Positions 42,630 through 52,500 of a stretch of DNA of 64,000 nt are shown one piece after another. The notes below the pieces were generated by a model. The model was not told where the DNA came from, searched no databases, and was given only the letters and a program-made list of their open reading frames with translations. The stretch lies in contig JAGOTD010000001.1 of assembly GCA_018061945.1 (NCBI GenBank), positions 151,050 through 215,049 on the forward strand, read 5' to 3'. Made by a program: the position numbers and the translations under genes. Each line of letters starts with the position of its first letter. The first letter of the stretch is position 1. This DNA is from Candidatus Peribacteraceae bacterium (lineage in GTDB: Bacteria; Patescibacteriota; Gracilibacteria; Peribacterales; Peribacteraceae).

Positions 42630-45263
42630 TTATTGCCCATATCCCTGCTCCAGCAATCGCCCAAGTAAAGTGGCTACTTCGGCACGGTTGATCGGACTAT
42701 CGGGACGGAAGGTGCCATCGGGATTGCCTTTCACAATGCCCATGCCCTTGAAAGTATTGATGAGCGGATCTTTGGTATCGGAGAAGAAACTGCCGACATT
42801 GGGGTTAGCAGTGATAGCGAGAGTGTCGGCCATCGCGTGAATAACTTGTAACCTTGTCATGGGGGTAAAGACATTCAGATCTTTCGTATACAGCGAGGGG
42901 CTTTTCGCCTCCAAAGCAGCAACGAACGAGGCTGCCCACGTGTTTTGCGCCGATGTATTGACCGGCGTTGATCCAGGCAAATTCATCAGTTGCGCGAGTA
43001 TTTTGGCAACTTCTGCGTGCTGCACATCGCGGCTTGGACGGTACAAACCGAGTGGCTTGCCGTTTTCATCGTTATAGCCAGAGACGATACCAAGATCCAC
43101 GAGCAGGTCGACTGCCGGAGCAAAGTAATCGGTAATGAAGACATCTTTGAAAACGATTTGTGTACTGTTGACGGTTTTGACGAGAAAGCCGGAGGAGGAA
43201 GTAAGTTCGATCGGTTTTTTCAGGGTGAGGGGTTGTTGCGAGGGAGAAGCAGAAGTTTGAGACGATTTCTGCGCTTGAGACGCGAGATAATCGGCAAGAG
43301 CTTTTTCACGGAGTGCTTTTTCGTTACTGGAGGAAGAAAGTGATGAGCGCGACCAGGAGGAGACAGAGCCAGTTGGCAGAGAGGATGTGGAGGAAGAAGC
43401 TTGGACGAAGGGAATGGAAGTGCTGGAAGAAGAAAGAGCAATGGAAGAAGCGATGCTGGAAGCAGACGAAGGAGATTGCATGACAGACGAAGCAGACGAC
43501 GATGAGACGGAAGATGCCGATGAACTCGATGAACTGGAGAGAGAACTGGCAACACTGGAGCTGGAAGAAGTAGACGGCGGAGCGCCGTGCAGGTCCGCTC
43601 CCAATGTCTTGCGCCAATGAACATATTCAAAACTCAAGCGATAGTTCTGCGCAAACTGCTTCCCTTGCTCGAGCCACGCGCCTTTGACTCCTCCGGCAAA
43701 AATCTGATCACCGCGGGTTAAGTACTTCGGATCACCGGTCATTTTGTAGAGCCAGCCGTACGGATAGACAATCAGCAAATTCAAATCCGGCGAACCAGCT
43801 TTGCATTTTTTGCCATCCATAAGAATCTGGTAGCAGAAGCTTTCGTTACCTGGCACCCAGAGATTATCCCACAAATAATCAGCTCCTTTTTGAATGGCAG
43901 GAAGAACGCGGGGGTCTTTCGTTTTTTCGTAATAATCAATAAGGCTATCGGCGGAAAGCGCAAACATAAAGGGAGCAATACGGGTGTATCGATTGGCGGT
44001 AAACCATTGTTCCATGTGACCGAGAACAATATCGGCGTACGCCTGGAGATACTGGTTCGGGCCATTGCCGGCTGTTTCGGTATCAATTTTTGCATCCAGC
44101 GCGTAAGCGGCTTCGCGACTATAACTGTCGCCGAGAACTGCCCACGGTACATTGCTAAATGCCGCATTTTTGGCCATGAGATCGATGGCCCGCTTCGATT
44201 CGGTATCACCACTTTTCTGCCAGTCGAGCAGCGCACCGCGCGGGAACACGCGATAGCCGGTAATGACACCGTTGTTGTCGAGTACATGTTTGCGAAACAC
44301 GGTTTCCACATACTGCGCACAGGTAGTGCCCCACACCGGATCATTCAGATAATCGGCCATTTGATAGTACGCGCGCGTGCCATCGTAAAACCACACGCTG
44401 CCGTCCCACATGCCCATGGAAATAATATCAGCCTGATTGCAAAATTTTGTTCCGTACTTCTTCATGTTCGATTCCCAAAGAGCAATCTGAGGAATGGCTG
44501 GTGGTGGTGATTGATACGCTTGAGGTGTCACAACTGCCGGCACAGGATCGACAATAAGCGGCATATTCACTGTATGTGATTTACTCCCAGCCATAACCGT
44601 CAGCTGAAAATTGTACGAACCGGGCTGCGCTGTCGGCGCAGCTGTCACTTTCATGGAGACCGTATTGTAGTAATTCTGGAAAAAAGAGACCGTAACGCCA
44701 GAGGGAACATTCTGGAACGAGAAGGTGGTAATCGGAAAAGATGATCCTCCGGTCCGACGCAGACTGGCTCTCAGATAGGAAGTATAGCCCTGCGTGACAT
44801 GAGAGATTGGCCCGACATCGACTAGGAAATCGAACGGCTGTGTTGTATCGACGAGCGTTTGGAATTTCAAGTCATCCTGTATTTTTGTTGTAGCACCGGC
44901 ACTGTCAACCGCCGTAATGGCATACGAATACCATGAGTCCATTTCGAGGCCGGTGAGCACGACACTGTGCGATGTCTGAAGTGTCGCATCGGACGCCGGG
45001 CCGAGTGCAAAACGCGTGGTTCGATCGTAGGCAACAGAACCGGTTGTCGGCACATTCGTCGTCCAATTGATGGTTGCAGAATTGAACGTGATATTCGTGA
45101 CGGTATTCGAGGTGATTTGTGGCGGAGAACCGGCATGTGTCTGCACGTCCTGCTTGGCATCGAACAGATACGGATAGACCATAAGCGCGGCAAACACGAG
45201 CATCAGCTGGCTTAGTACTATCGCTCCAAATTGGATATGACGCGGATGTGTTTGTTTCTGCAT
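42630..45263 (-). CDS. SLH-anchored surface protein, paralog 3 of 3
   Basis: 'MQKQTHPRHIQFGAIVLSQLMLVFAALMVY'. Same architecture, but the N-terminal and central regions are the most diverged of the three. Confidence 0.88.
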   Translation of the reverse strand: MQKQTHPRHIQFGAIVLSQLMLVFAALMVYPYLFDAKQDVQTHAGSPPQITSNTVTNITFNSATINWTTNVPTTGSVAYDRTTRFALGPASDATLQTSHSVVLTGLEMDSWYSYAITAVDSAGATTKIQDDLKFQTLVDTTQPFDFLVDVGPISHVTQGYTSYLRASLRRTGGSSFPITTFSFQNVPSGVTVSFFQNYYNTVSMKVTAAPTAQPGSYNFQLTVMAGSKSHTVNMPLIVDPVPAVVTPQAYQSPPPAIPQIALWESNMKKYGTKFCNQADIISMGMWDGSVWFYDGTRAYYQMADYLNDPVWGTTCAQYVETVFRKHVLDNNGVITGYRVFPRGALLDWQKSGDTESKRAIDLMAKNAAFSNVPWAVLGDSYSREAAYALDAKIDTETAGNGPNQYLQAYADIVLGHMEQWFTANRYTRIAPFMFALSADSLIDYYEKTKDPRVLPAIQKGADYLWDNLWVPGNESFCYQILMDGKKCKAGSPDLNLLIVYPYGWLYKMTGDPKYLTRGDQIFAGGVKGAWLEQGKQFAQNYRLSFEYVHWRKTLGADLHGAPPSTSSSSSVASSLSSSSSSSASSVSSSSASSVMQSPSSASSIASSIALSSSSTSIPFVQASSSTSSLPTGSVSSWSRSSLSSSSNEKALREKALADYLASQAQKSSQTSASPSQQPLTLKKPIELTSSSGFLVKTVNSTQIVFKDVFITDYFAPAVDLLVDLGIVSGYNDENGKPLGLYRPSRDVQHAEVAKILAQLMNLPGSTPVNTSAQNTWAASFVAALEAKSPSLYTKDLNVFTPMTRLQVIHAMADTLAITANPNVGSFFSDTKDPLINTFKGMGIVKGNPDGTFRPDSPINRAEVATLLGRLLEQGYGQ

Positions 45264-45300
45264 GAAAAAATGTTGGTATAAAATCTCTTAATTATACCAG
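45264..45300 (-). promoter_or_regulatory. Extended -10 promoter and conserved leader
   Basis: The minus strand reads TGGTATAAT-TAAG-AGATTTTATACCAACATTTTTTC-ATG. Confidence 0.5.
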
Positions 45301-45367
45301 AAAAAGCCCGTTAATTAAAGCAAGAGAATCACAAAAAACCTGTGTTCCTCGCCTTATCGTCTGGAAA

Positions 45368-48300
45368 TTATTGTTGCGGAGTGATGAATTTACTCACGAT
45401 ATAACCCTGTCTGTCTGTACCAAAAAGAATACGACTCCACTCGCCTATTATCTCGAGCACAGTCACCGGCGTGTTTGCAGATAGCTGAGCAATAATTTTT
45501 GCTGTTACACTTGGCTCTATTCGCACATTCACAGCCCGGGTCGCCGTGAAATCGGTCACCGTGGATGCGGTTTCATCTGAAGCGGCATGCAGCTTCTGCC
45601 TGTCGATCTCTAAGGATCGCACTAAAAGCACTGCCGCCTCTGCCCGACTGACCGGTTCATCCGCCTTCACAATATTGAGCGACATGCCCGCTTCGTCCCG
45701 GTAGCCTGTCACCAGTCCAAGTGTATATCCAGTTGCAATGGCTTTGGCGTAGAGATCCGACGGACGCACATCGGTAAACGGATGATTGTACTGCACTATA
45801 GGGACGCCGAGTGTTTCCAGAATAATCTGCACCACTGCTCCTCTGGGAGCAGAAGTATGCACATCTAACCGCGGGCCATACAACGATGTTTTTGATTCTA
45901 TCGCTGCAACCCACGACTCTGCCCATGTATTGCGAGCGCTTCTATTGCGAGGTGCCTGTGTTGACTGCTCCAGCTGCATGAGCAATACCACCATTTTTGC
46001 AATCTGCGCGTAGGTCACAGGATCATTTGGACCAAACACATTGGCTGTAGTGCCATAGCCAGATACCACATCTTTTTGGAACAACATTTCAATAAACGGT
46101 GCATACCATGCATCATGGGCAATATCGGTAAAGCTGGTCCCCGACGATTGACCACTCTCTGGCGCCGAAGAATGATCTACTGCAGGCGCACTGCTGGAAG
46201 CACCGCTCGAAGAGCCGCTGGTTCCGATCGTCGATAGTGGCGAGTACGTCCCCGGTCGTCGGGATCCTCCTCCTGACGGCTGCTTTGCAGAACTTGAGCT
46301 ACTACTCGAACTGCTGCTACTGCTTGAAGATGCTGTGACAACTTGGCTGAGTATCGTTGAAGTGGATCCACGGTAGTACGAACTGCCGCTGTATGTGACG
46401 GTAATAGGATGTGTTCCAGCCGTCAGAGAGGAAGTGGAAAGCCTGCCCGATCCGCTGCCAAGTGTCGCCGTACCGATACTCACCGCATTGTCGTAGAACG
46501 TAAGACCTCCTGTTGCACTCACAGGGCTCACAGTCGCCGTAAATGTAACGCTCTGTCCTACGATTGACGGATTGACTGATGAGACAACCACGAGCGAGCC
46601 CGTGTTCGTAACCGTAACCAGAACGCTCGACGATGTCTGCGAATTGCCGGCCGCGTCGCGGGCAGTTGCCGTAAGAGTGTGTGAACCGAGTGTCGCGCCG
46701 GTAGTACTCCACATAATGGTGTACGGAGCAGCTGTGTCTTCGCTTTGTAAATTTGATCCATCCAACTTGAATTGCACGCCGACAACAGCCACGTTGTCCG
46801 AGGCAGATGCACTTACCGTCGTGCTACCCGAGACTGTCGCTCCAGTTAAAGGAGTGGAAAGCGAAATGCTTGGCGCAGTCGTATCGGCGGAAGTAGTAAA
46901 CGTGGCATTTGAGCCTGAGCCGGTAAAGCTGGCCAAATCGACAGACTTTACTTTGAAATTGTAGAGCGTCGATGGAGCGAGTCCGGTGATTCTGGCGGTA
47001 TGACTTGTCACGTATGAACCCGATAGCGTGGTCGAAGAACCGTAGGCTGTTGTTGTGCCATAGTCGACTTGCGATGTACTCAGCTCGTTGGTTGTCCACG
47101 TGACGGTTGCACCGCTAGACGTAATATTGCTGGTTGCAACAGACGACACGACAGGGGGCAACATGGGGATAGCGCCCATGTCGGGACTGCCGTCGGTTGG
47201 CGAACCGGCGCCGCGCAGCTGTGTGTTGGTCGGTTCATACCCTGCGCGTACCCACTGCAGCAAGTTGGCAACTGTATAGCGCGCATCGTAGCCGGTTGCG
47301 TCGTTACGGGACATAAGTTCGGCAATGGCATTTGCCGCCGTTCCAGGTCCACCAAGTGCGGCGTCCCAGCTTGCGATATTGCGCGTTGAATCCGCAAATT
47401 GTGGATTGGCTTCCAGGTCGTTCGCGCCTGGGGTGTAGCTGCTCCACTCAAGATTGTAGTAACGCCCGGCACCAGTTGTCAGGTTATAATGTGTGCTGTA
47501 GTCCAAGTCGGTTACAGCGTCGGGCACGTTGTTGTTGGCACCCGAATCACCGAAAATATAACCACCGGCTGAGCCGGCAGTGCTCATACAAATATTATTG
47601 CGATACGCCGCAATAAGGTCTGCCTTTCCGGCGTACGTTTCTCCGATGTACGAACACGTGACAGTGCGAGGAATAACAATCGTATTGTTACGGAAAATAC
47701 TGCCGGAAGAAGTGGACGCACCGCCACCCGACACGAAAGCGGATGTCCTGGTTTTGCCTGTAGCGGAAATGACCACGTTTCCCGACGCCGTCACTTTGCC
47801 CGTCGACGGAACAAAGATAATGTCCCCGTCATCGGTACCGCCGCTAAAGTCGGTTTCAAAAACGTTGTCTCGTACAATCACGTTTGGATTAGAACTTCCT
47901 ATAGCAGTCGAGTTAATAAAGTGAGGATTATCTGTGGTTGCATACCAATAGTTACTGACAAGTGATTCTGTCGTATGCGGACTGGTAAAAACGCTACCGG
48001 CCACAGTCGGAGCAATGAGGTTATTGGAAAAGACTCTCAGGTTAGCTACGGATCCCGCGCGCGCAATGTAGCGACGGAATATGTTATTGGTCACCGTCCA
48101 GCCGGGCCCGTAAATGTTGATGGTTTTATCTACGATGTTGCCCGTAAAATTGCGCTGGCCAGATGGACTGCTGACAGTGCCGGGAAGTTGAATTGTTGCC
48201 GAATTCAGCGAGTTCGACACCGTCACGTTATTGATAGCAAGATCGTCGCTGCTGTTATCGGTCCCAGCTAGAGTGATCTGGCCACAGTTATCTATGGAGC

Positions 48301-49282
48301 CATCATTGAGTGTAAATATATTTTTACTGGCCGTGCGGTTGTAGCCGTTGATTGCCGACACAGAGGCGGTCCCCAAACGGTATAACCGAAAATTTTTGAA
48401 TGAAAGACGCTGTGAGTGCAGCAAGTCACTGCCGATGTTTATTTTTACGATACCTGCTCCCGATCCTTGCAACACAGCCGGAGACGCGATAGATGCACCG
48501 GTCATCGCCCAGACCACTCTGTCATCGCCTCCACTTGTCCAGAGCGAATACGCACTCACAGTTGTGGCACTGTCTGGCGTCACAATCGTCATGGTACGCG
48601 CACCTTGGTTGATGGTGGGACGGGCAGCACTGGCTCTCATATAGATATCGCCGCGCACAGTTAAGTCATCATCCATATTTATTTTTCCATTCAAGGTAAT
48701 CGCAGGTGTTGGCAATGTGCCGATAGTGACACCCGTTGCGCCATCGCCGGCTATATTGGTATCGGCAACGACGGCTGATGCGGCCTGATTGGTCGCAATA
48801 CGAACCGTCGTGCTTGCCCCGACAGAAGAAGTCGTACCGCGAAAAACATCGAATCCGGTTGCGTTGGTTGGCAGCGCACTTGGCATGGTAATGTCAACAC
48901 GCTGACTACTTGTAGGAGACAGGTTCGACGGACTCGCCGACTTCTGCAAGGTGTAGGCGGTGCCGGAACTGTCTCGTCCAATCACCCAATAATACACAGC
49001 AGTGCTGTTGAATGTCGTTGCCTCAGAAGCAGTCGCTATCGTGGGAGCGGTAGGGTTAGCACCAAGATTTGCGCCGATTGTAACGGCATTGCCCGAGGTG
49101 ACGGTAACCGTATGTCCAGCGGTAACAGTGACCGTGTCACCAGCCGCCGGCACGTTGCCGCCAGTCCAGGTGGAAGAACTCGACCAGTTACCCGTCTGGG
49201 CGCTGGTAATGGCAGCTGCATGGGAAAAAATCGGGACCAGTGCGCAAGCGCAGGCAATAGAGATATGAATGGATAGCCTCAT
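45368..49282 (-). CDS. 1304-aa surface protein: signal peptide, G8-like motif, beta-helix, FN3, two bacterial Ig-like domains, poly-Ser linker, SLH domains, C-terminal SH3b-like domain
   Basis: - Signal peptide 'MRLSIHISIACACALVPIFSHAAA'.
- G8-like 'QTGNWSSSSTWTGGNVPAAGDTVTVTAGHTVTVTSG'.
- FN3 'ATVTWTTNELSTSQVDYGTTTAYG...STLYNFKVKS'.
- Ig-like 'DNVAVVGVQFKLDGSNL...YTIMWST' and 'GQSVTFTATVSP...GTHPITVTYSGSSYY'.
- SLH 'FTDIAHDAWYAPFIEMLFQKDVVSGYG'.
- SH3b-like 'VNVRIEPSVTAKIIAQLSANTPVTVLEIIGEWSRILFGTDRQGYIVSKFI'. Confidence 0.88.
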   Translation of the reverse strand: MRLSIHISIACACALVPIFSHAAAITSAQTGNWSSSSTWTGGNVPAAGDTVTVTAGHTVTVTSGNAVTIGANLGANPTAPTIATASEATTFNSTAVYYWVIGRDSSGTAYTLQKSASPSNLSPTSSQRVDITMPSALPTNATGFDVFRGTTSSVGASTTVRIATNQAASAVVADTNIAGDGATGVTIGTLPTPAITLNGKINMDDDLTVRGDIYMRASAARPTINQGARTMTIVTPDSATTVSAYSLWTSGGDDRVVWAMTGASIASPAVLQGSGAGIVKINIGSDLLHSQRLSFKNFRLYRLGTASVSAINGYNRTASKNIFTLNDGSIDNCGQITLAGTDNSSDDLAINNVTVSNSLNSATIQLPGTVSSPSGQRNFTGNIVDKTINIYGPGWTVTNNIFRRYIARAGSVANLRVFSNNLIAPTVAGSVFTSPHTTESLVSNYWYATTDNPHFINSTAIGSSNPNVIVRDNVFETDFSGGTDDGDIIFVPSTGKVTASGNVVISATGKTRTSAFVSGGGASTSSGSIFRNNTIVIPRTVTCSYIGETYAGKADLIAAYRNNICMSTAGSAGGYIFGDSGANNNVPDAVTDLDYSTHYNLTTGAGRYYNLEWSSYTPGANDLEANPQFADSTRNIASWDAALGGPGTAANAIAELMSRNDATGYDARYTVANLLQWVRAGYEPTNTQLRGAGSPTDGSPDMGAIPMLPPVVSSVATSNITSSGATVTWTTNELSTSQVDYGTTTAYGSSTTLSGSYVTSHTARITGLAPSTLYNFKVKSVDLASFTGSGSNATFTTSADTTAPSISLSTPLTGATVSGSTTVSASASDNVAVVGVQFKLDGSNLQSEDTAAPYTIMWSTTGATLGSHTLTATARDAAGNSQTSSSVLVTVTNTGSLVVVSSVNPSIVGQSVTFTATVSPVSATGGLTFYDNAVSIGTATLGSGSGRLSTSSLTAGTHPITVTYSGSSYYRGSTSTILSQVVTASSSSSSSSSSSSSSAKQPSGGGSRRPGTYSPLSTIGTSGSSSGASSSAPAVDHSSAPESGQSSGTSFTDIAHDAWYAPFIEMLFQKDVVSGYGTTANVFGPNDPVTYAQIAKMVVLLMQLEQSTQAPRNRSARNTWAESWVAAIESKTSLYGPRLDVHTSAPRGAVVQIILETLGVPIVQYNHPFTDVRPSDLYAKAIATGYTLGLVTGYRDEAGMSLNIVKADEPVSRAEAAVLLVRSLEIDRQKLHAASDETASTVTDFTATRAVNVRIEPSVTAKIIAQLSANTPVTVLEIIGEWSRILFGTDRQGYIVSKFITPQQ

Positions 49283-49527
49283 TCCGTCACGATACCACGA
49301 AATATTTTTTAAAAAAATAAACCATCACCTATTTATGCAAAATCTAGCAAGCTGATATAAAATTTGTTTTATGCAAATGATACAAATTTCATTCATAAAG
49401 CATATATAAAAAGGATGAGAACAGACACCTATCACATTTTCCGTGAAGAAGTTGCGAGAGAATCCTTTATATAACAACGCCTAAGAATATGGTGTTACCG
49501 ATTGGCAGTTGCGAAGTGGTCATTGCT

Positions 49528-52500
49528 TTAGTTATTCGACTCACTCGACGAACTGGAAGACTCCGAACTGGAGGTGCTCGACTGCGAACTGGATTCACTC
49601 GATTCACTTGAGCTGCTACTCGATTCTTCACTGCTGGATGCACTACTGGACACAGAACTTTCACTACTCGACTCCGAGCTACTGCTGCTCGATTCTTCGC
49701 TTACAGAAGAGCTGATCGACTGCTCACTCGAACTGCTGGAAGAGACAGTAAGCGCATTCCCCTGTTCCTGTACCACTGCTTGGTACCCGACTGGGAGAAT
49801 GAGAATTTTCGGATCGCTTGTCCCGTTCCACGTAAAGGTAATGCGCAAATCCGGATGATCCCACTGGGCGTCGCTGTGGTAGCGACTACAGCTGAATGGC
49901 TGGCCATCAATATCCAAGATCGTCTGATTGCGCACACACGCATTCCAAATCGCGTTGGTCGAAACCGGCACGCCGAGGCTATCGACCGGGAAGGCGATGA
50001 AGCTACCTGTCATAGTGGTACCGCTACTTGTACGCGGAGCGTCTGTTGGGATAGCAATCCATGAGAATGTAATAGCTTGCGGCGCAGGAGAAGCAATACG
50101 AATGGTAAAGCCAGTTGCAGTCGCCTTCGAGACAGCGAAGAGAATTGGATAGTCTGGTGAAGCGGTGACAATCGGCCTCGCAATGAAACCACTGGCGAAC
50201 AGAACGGTAACTGATGTACCGGTTTGTGGAATGACTGCGTAGCCAACCTGTTTGCTGCTCAACTTGAACTCACCCTTCACTTCGACGTCGCCGAGGAAGA
50301 CAGCCAGACCGTTGATGGTGACACCGCCGATAACTTTGAGACTGTTGCGGTCGAGCAGCGAGCCAATATTCACCTGTGCTCCACTGAGTGTCAGTGAGCC
50401 GAGTGAGAAACCGCTACCGGTTGTAATAGGACCATCGATGCGCAAACCACCTTGAATGGTCGCTCCGCTGGATACCGACAGGCCGCCTGCTGCATGGAGT
50501 GGACCAAAAATGGTTGCCCCACTTTCTACACGCAGACTCGTGAATGTGACGCTAGTGGCTCGAAGCGCTCCGGAGAGGAACATATCGGCGGTTACAACTG
50601 TTGCACCGCTGTGAGTAGAGAGACCATAACGAGTTTGCAGCAGATTGGTGATGCCGTCGGTAGAGATAGACGCACCAGAGGACGACAGGCGCTGATCGAT
50701 AAGGTGATTCACCTGCGCCGTCAAATCGAGGGCTTGCAACTGATCGCGTACCGCGGTTGTGACGTTGTCATCCAGATTGAAATTGCGAATGGTATCGCCA
50801 ACCATTTGGTTCACCTGATCATCAATCTTCATAGCGGCAATGCTGTCTAAGACTTTCTGTTCAACGCCTTCGACGGTGAGCGACTGATTGCGTCGCGAGA
50901 TGAGGACATTGATCACTGCTTCCGGTCCACTTGAACCGTTGAATGCTTCGAGCGCCACACCGACAGTACTTTCGCCGGCGCTAGCCCGACGCGCAAAGCC
51001 CGGCTTGCTGGCCGATGTGAGTGAATCACCTGGGTGAATCGGACCATTTTCGAGCGTTACTTTTGCTGGCACCTGACCAATGAGACCGACCAGCTTATAG
51101 CCTGGAGGCATCACGCCATCGGCACCAGTAATATGATTTCCGATGTAGGCCGGATGCGTGGAAATAATACCCATCAGGTTGGTATCGGCATCGCGCATAC
51201 AGCGCTTGACGGTATTGTCATCCAGCGGATCGATACAGACCACTTCGCCTGGCATCAAATCCGCATCTTTGGACTTAAACCACTCCGCGTAGTCGGCACC
51301 GGAGGAGTTATACACGCCGTCGGCGTAGACCGCACCGCTGCCCGAAATACGGAAGACGGTATTATCCGTAGAGCTGACATCCGTAATAATCTTAAACATA
51401 TCTTGCGTGGCCGTCGTTTCGCGGCTGCGAATGCGAATGGCCTCGATATTGTCTGAATTTTTTGTTTCGATGTATAAAGCGGCAGTGGGCACAACGGATC
51501 CTCCAGATCCCAAGGAGACGAGTGCGCCCGAACGACTCGTAATAGAGAGAGCGTAGGCACCTGTAGATGTATTCATTATGGTCGATGCTCCGTGGGCTGT
51601 GACGCCATGTCCGAATACTCCTTCTCCTTGAACGTTCAGATCGCCAAAAATAGTTGCGTTGGTACGAACACTTAACGTTGCCGCTTCCAGAGCACCAACT
51701 TCCAGCTGCTGGATATAGGCACCACCAAGATCGAAGACGTTGAAATATGCCAACGCTGCCGCTGGGTAGGTGGAATAGAGATACCGGCCCTGCATCGCCA
51801 TAACAGCATATCCAGGTGCTGTAAGAGTACCTACCTGAAAGGGCAGACGCGGATTTGAGACGTCGTAGACGAGAATGTTCGAGGAAGATGTCGAAATGTA
51901 CAAATATCGCCCCTGCAGCACCATACGAGACATCGTAGCCGCAGGAACTATCCTGCCTACCGCCGCGCCGACAGATGAAGGATTGCTGATATCAAATATC
52001 TGTAATCCATTGCTGTTATAACCAGACACATAGGCGTAGCGACCTTGCACCTGCACTTCGGTGATGCGGTTTTGCGTATTAATATTGCTCGTCAGTACAA
52101 GATTACGCGGGTTACTCGTATCAAAAATGTACAAATTTCCTCCACTGGCTGCTACATATAAATAGCGACCCTGTACGGTGAGACGCGCCATGGCCGGTGT
52201 TGCAAACTGAGCCGTAGGATTCGCATAAACTGAGACAATCACGGGGGCTGATGGATCACTTATATCTGCCACATAAATGGAATAGGAGGTACCTGTTCCA
52301 ATAAACGCATAGCGACCTTGAACGGCTACCTGAGAGACTCCAGCGCCTGATATTGGAAGAGTAGACACAAATCTTGGCGCTGATGGATTACTAATATCAT
52401 AAATATTCATACCCAAGCTTGAAGCCAAGCCTACGTATGCATACCGACCCTGCACTACAATAGATTGCATGACCGCCGACGCAGCAGTCGACGTACCGAC

